Origin: Elusimicrobiota bacterium
GTDB taxonomy: Bacteria; Elusimicrobiota; Elusimicrobia; F11
Direction: 5' to 3'
Length of the DNA stretch: 64,000 bases
Assembly (NCBI GenBank): GCA_044221725.1
Contig: JBGAON010000002.1
Location: 32,001 to 96,000, forward strand
Shown here: piece by piece, positions 60,228-64,000 of the stretch
Numbering within the stretch: the first letter of the stretch is position 1
Layout of the letters: each line of letters starts with the position of its first letter
Made by a program: the position numbers and the translations under genes
The notes under the pieces: model-generated
What the model saw: only the letters and a program-made list of their open reading frames with translations
Told to the model about the DNA's origin: nothing
The model's database searches: none

Positions 60228-63200
60228 ATGAAATTCGGCTCGGTGCGGCGCCACTTCTCTGCGTTCCTTTCTGTTGTTTATTTTTCCACGAATTGCGCAT
60301 TCGCAACGAACGCGGACCGCACAATGTGGGATGAACGTCGCGCTGTTACGGCAAGTTTGAGCCCGAATTTCCAGCCTCTCCGACCCAAATCGGCTGATTC
60401 GATCAGCGCATTCGGCTCCGTTCGAGAAGTTCTTCGGCCCACAAACAAACAACCAATCGCGACGGTGCTCCACATCCAAGATGTTCACATGAATCCCGAA
60501 GCGCAGCGCAATATTTCGGGTGCGATCCAGCTGCTGTCAAAGCAAAACAAAATAGGTGTTATCGCGCTCGAAGGCGCGTTCGCACCCATCGAACTGTCAC
60601 CCTTCCATAATTTTCCGCATCAACCGACGGTACGCGGCGTGGCCGATTATCTGCTGAAGGAAAGAAAAATATCCGGTGTCATGCACGCGATGCTCGGAAA
60701 AGACGGTGCTGTCGTGGGAATCGATGATGAGCCGCATTACCTCGCCAACGTCGCCGCCTACCGCGGATCAATTCCATTGAGAGCTGCCGTCAAACGAGAA
60801 ATTTGGGAGCGCAAGCAAGAGATCGCCATAAAGAAGTCACAAATTTTCAATTCGCAGCTGCTCGCATTTGACGCAAAGACCATGGCGTATCACGATAAGA
60901 AGCTTACGATGGCTGAATATCTGCCGCTGCTGGAAAGCAAATCCGACGAAGACGGACAGCTGAGAATATTTCTCGAAGCACTTCATCTCGAGTCGTCACG
61001 AATCCGAACGGTAAAAAACTATTCGAGATATATGAAGTTGGTCGAAAGCATCGACATCGAGAAGCTTCTCGGGGAAATAAAGTCTGCCGAAGATGCCGCG
61101 TACGCAGCGCTCGCACGAACGTCAGATGAGCGAAAATTGATTTGGGAAACACGGCGGTTGTGTTTGATCGAGAAACTAGTTGAGTTCGCGCTCACGCGGG
61201 ACGAGTGGGATGAATACAAGGCATTGGGGAGGGTAGGGTGGGGTAATAAAATCCCTTCCACTTCTGCTTTCGAAGATTTCTACCGCCAAGCGGAGCTTCG
61301 AGACACAGCAATGGCCAATAATCTTTTTCGTGTACTAAGTACCACGTGCAACGTGCCGCGTACGTCGTTCGCCGTTCTGGTCACCGGCGGTTTCCATTCT
61401 TCGGGAATTGATCAGCGCCTCGTGGATGCTGGCTACGAAGTCATCATTTTCATTCCGAAGATCACAACGATTGACACGGCGAACGGCAGCGCCTACTTAA
61501 GCGTGTTCAGTCAGCAAAAAACACCGCTCGATAAATTGTTCGATGGCGAAAAATTATTTCTGTCGCCGCCGCAGTGGAACAGATCAACGCTGGGCTTGTT
61601 CGCTGTTCTCGTGGCGGCCACGGCGGTTATTAACCATTTTGTCTCAGCAGAATTTTTAAACGGATGGCTCGGCCGAACTCTCGGCTCGTCCGACGTATCG
61701 CTCGCCCAAGTGGGACAGTCGACCGTACAAATTGTTCTCGGCGCAGTGGCTGTTGGCATCACAATCAATTTCCCAAATCCTTACTTGTCTCGGCTGGACG
61801 CACGCGTCATCGCAAAGCCGCCATTTTCTCCCGGTGCCTGGGCATTCTGGTTGCACATTGAAAATGTTTTCCGAGGAATCTTGAGAAAAATCGGGTTCGA
61901 CGTTCGGTATCGAGCGCGATTGACGGTTGCTCAAGCGGAAAAGCGGTTACCGATTTACGGTGCACTGGAAGTTCTTGTAGCGTTTGCTTTGTGGGCGGCG
62001 ACGCCGCTTCAACCATTGGATGTCGCTTACGTGATGGCGTTTGTTCATTTGTTTATGCACACGGTGTTCGGCGTGTTTGTCCCGAACAAAAATGGTTCGT
62101 TTGAAGCGTTGCATGTGCTGAATTTGCGAGGACCGCCAACGTCAAAAATCGGTCGCTTTTTGCTGGGCATTCTTTCAGCGAATCTTGTTGTGTTTTTTTC
62201 CGCGGTGCCCTCTGTACTTCTTTTTGAATCCAATACTTTTTTTAATTTCGCCTCCGCGTTGATCCCTCATCTGGTTCTTCATTCGCTTTTTAATTTTGCG
62301 CTTGTTCAGAGAACAATTGGGTCGAAATCTCATTTTCGTGCAGCGATTGTCTACGTGGTTTCGTTTAGCTGTCTATGGGCCACCGCGGTTTATGTTGCAT
62401 CGTTGGATCAAGGGATTGTCGGAGTGGTTCGCGACTTCAATATTGCTGACGAGAGTTACCTGATGTCGAGCATGGCGCTCGTCATGGCGCTTATTTTTGT
62501 TTTTCGAAAAGAAATACGCCTTCAAAGCGCAACGAGAGTTGAATACGTCCCTGCCCGTCGATTGTTGCGCGAATCCGTTTTGACCGCGTTGCCTGTGTTT
62601 CTCTCTGTTGGCGCGTTAACGGTGAAAATGGCAATAAATCCGATGCATCACATCAACGCCGCCCAGGCCGGAGAGTGGGGATTGTTTTTCTTTCTTGTTG
62701 GTGTTGCGTCGATTCTCCTCGCGCGGAAGCCAACCGAACGTGGTTGGTTAATTAACACCGTTGCGATCAATGGCGCCATTCTTGTTTGGTTTGCGCGAGA
62801 CGTGGCGAGAGCTGTCACGTCGCTCACCATCGGAGCCGGGTTTGGTTTGTGGTCTGTTGCGATCATTTCGTTGATTGTGGGAATCGCTTTTCTCGGAGTG
62901 AAATTTGCTCGGGCTCAAGCGACGATGGTGGCGTACGCCGCCCCGTTCGAGGCGGTCGTTCTTGTTCGTCCAGCAATCGCTCGGGCGCTATTAATTTTGT
63001 TGCCGGTATTGGATTGGACCGTGAAGCAGCTGATCGTCCATACGAGTGTGTTCATTGAGCAACATGGCGATCTCAATGTTCCGCGCGAGATACTCCCGAC
63101 ACAGATCGCGTGGTTTATTGTTTTCGGTCTGTCGTTTCTTTTTCGCGTTCCTCTGTCACTGATATTCGTCATGGCCGGCGCGCTTGGCAATGCGACCGAG

Positions 63201-64000
63201 ATCGCGCTGTGGGGTGGCGCCTTTAATCCGATTCTTTTGTTCGGAAAGTCCGTTAACGTGTCCGACTTGTTGATGTACGTGGGCATCGGACTCGTTGTGA
63301 AGGACGCCATCCAACTATTGGTTTTATTTTTTAGGTCTGATTTAACACCGTTTTTGCTCTCGACATTAAATCCGCGTGGCTCGATTCGAAAAAGATGGTT
63401 CGTTGCCGCGTTTCTGTTGCTTTCAATTCCTTATGTGGGGACCTATTTCGGAGTGATCCCGTTTTTGCATCCCACAATTAAACGTGAAATCGAATTGTCC
63501 AACGCGAACGGGTGGCCCGTTGTTCGCCGATCGATACTTCTGGATGTGTTCCATATGAAAGACCGGGCGGCGGATCGCCAGTCTTACTTCGAGGACGACG
63601 ACAAAAGGCGGTTTGCGCTGGCGACTCTCAATGACATCGCGGTCATTCAGAATTGGCGAGCGCATTGGACCTTGTCCGAAACGGGAAAAGAGTTCACGAT
63701 GATCATGAAGGACGTGCCGACGTTTTTTCAGTCCAGCGGAAACACGTTGGTCATCTACCTACGACAAATAGAATTTTTAAAAGGGGGCGACTTTCAGCCG
63801 CGCGTATTGACGGAAATGCCTTTGCTGTCTCCGGCCGATTTGGAATATTTGCGACCGCATATTTCGGCCACGTTTGAACAACGTTGGAGCCACGATCCGT
63901 CGTTGCGAACCGCGGATTTTAATTCGCTATCGATGTCGGCGGTGCTGGCTCTTGCGCGTGGAGGTTCCTCCGGCGCGCCGGCCATGCCCAGGATTGTGCG
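60228..64000 (+). CDS. Very large multi-pass membrane protein, 3' partial (not in ORF track)
   Basis: Hand translation shows no stop from ATG 60228 to the window end (>1250 aa). Signal-like N-terminus, HIQDVH..AQ.NI / LEGA / RD..M / TGGFH domain, then many hydrophobic helices. Confidence 0.88.
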   Translation, partial: MKFGSVRRHFSAFLSVVYFSTNCAFATNADRTMWDERRAVTASLSPNFQPLRPKSADSISAFGSVREVLRPTNKQPIATVLHIQDVHMNPEAQRNISGAIQLLSKQNKIGVIALEGAFAPIELSPFHNFPHQPTVRGVADYLLKERKISGVMHAMLGKDGAVVGIDDEPHYLANVAAYRGSIPLRAAVKREIWERKQEIAIKKSQIFNSQLLAFDAKTMAYHDKKLTMAEYLPLLESKSDEDGQLRIFLEALHLESSRIRTVKNYSRYMKLVESIDIEKLLGEIKSAEDAAYAALARTSDERKLIWETRRLCLIEKLVEFALTRDEWDEYKALGRVGWGNKIPSTSAFEDFYRQAELRDTAMANNLFRVLSTTCNVPRTSFAVLVTGGFHSSGIDQRLVDAGYEVIIFIPKITTIDTANGSAYLSVFSQQKTPLDKLFDGEKLFLSPPQWNRSTLGLFAVLVAATAVINHFVSAEFLNGWLGRTLGSSDVSLAQVGQSTVQIVLGAVAVGITINFPNPYLSRLDARVIAKPPFSPGAWAFWLHIENVFRGILRKIGFDVRYRARLTVAQAEKRLPIYGALEVLVAFALWAATPLQPLDVAYVMAFVHLFMHTVFGVFVPNKNGSFEALHVLNLRGPPTSKIGRFLLGILSANLVVFFSAVPSVLLFESNTFFNFASALIPHLVLHSLFNFALVQRTIGSKSHFRAAIVYVVSFSCLWATAVYVASLDQGIVGVVRDFNIADESYLMSSMALVMALIFVFRKEIRLQSATRVEYVPARRLLRESVLTALPVFLSVGALTVKMAINPMHHINAAQAGEWGLFFFLVGVASILLARKPTERGWLINTVAINGAILVWFARDVARAVTSLTIGAGFGLWSVAIISLIVGIAFLGVKFARAQATMVAYAAPFEAVVLVRPAIARALLILLPVLDWTVKQLIVHTSVFIEQHGDLNVPREILPTQIAWFIVFGLSFLFRVPLSLIFVMAGALGNATEIALWGGAFNPILLFGKSVNVSDLLMYVGIGLVVKDAIQLLVLFFRSDLTPFLLSTLNPRGSIRKRWFVAAFLLLSIPYVGTYFGVIPFLHPTIKREIELSNANGWPVVRRSILLDVFHMKDRAADRQSYFEDDDKRRFALATLNDIAVIQNWRAHWTLSETGKEFTMIMKDVPTFFQSSGNTLVIYLRQIEFLKGGDFQPRVLTEMPLLSPADLEYLRPHISATFEQRWSHDPSLRTADFNSLSMSAVLALARGGSSGAPAMPRIV

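Noticed and set aside
60141..63985. Short ORFs listed by the track in the last 4 kb
   Set aside because: They are alternative-frame or antisense shadows of the single long ORF starting at 60228.

Overview
Bacterial chromosomal window; Elusimicrobiota-like by inference from the giant-protein N-terminal domain at the right end. Bases 1-~18.1 kb form an accessory island around an initiator tRNA-Met gene (12755-12831). It opens with a phage-like module (rep fragment, DnaB-like helicase, CHC2 zinc finger, MT-A70 methylase, xis, tyrosine integrase, orphan terminase large subunit), followed by three metal-resistance cassettes (czc-like, ars, copper). The cassette junctions carry degenerate copies of the tRNA's 5' half and promoter and/or a shared 20-bp tandem motif that also occurs inverted between xis and int. 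I read this as a tRNA-5'-anchored cassette array built by repeated integration. Two cassettes contain Cys-rich leader ORFs ending in R(x)PP arrest-like motifs; in one, those codons are complementary to the next gene's Shine-Dalgarno. Bases ~18.4-60.1 kb are core genes: ion transport, alpha-glucan metabolism, c-di-GMP, RND efflux, heme synthesis, dTDP-rhamnose, degP, ilvD and a carbamoyltransferase triad. From 60228 an ORF absent from the supplied track runs open past the window end (>1250 aa), with many TM helices and a degenerate LspA-like domain. All calls come from reading motifs by eye; no searches were run.
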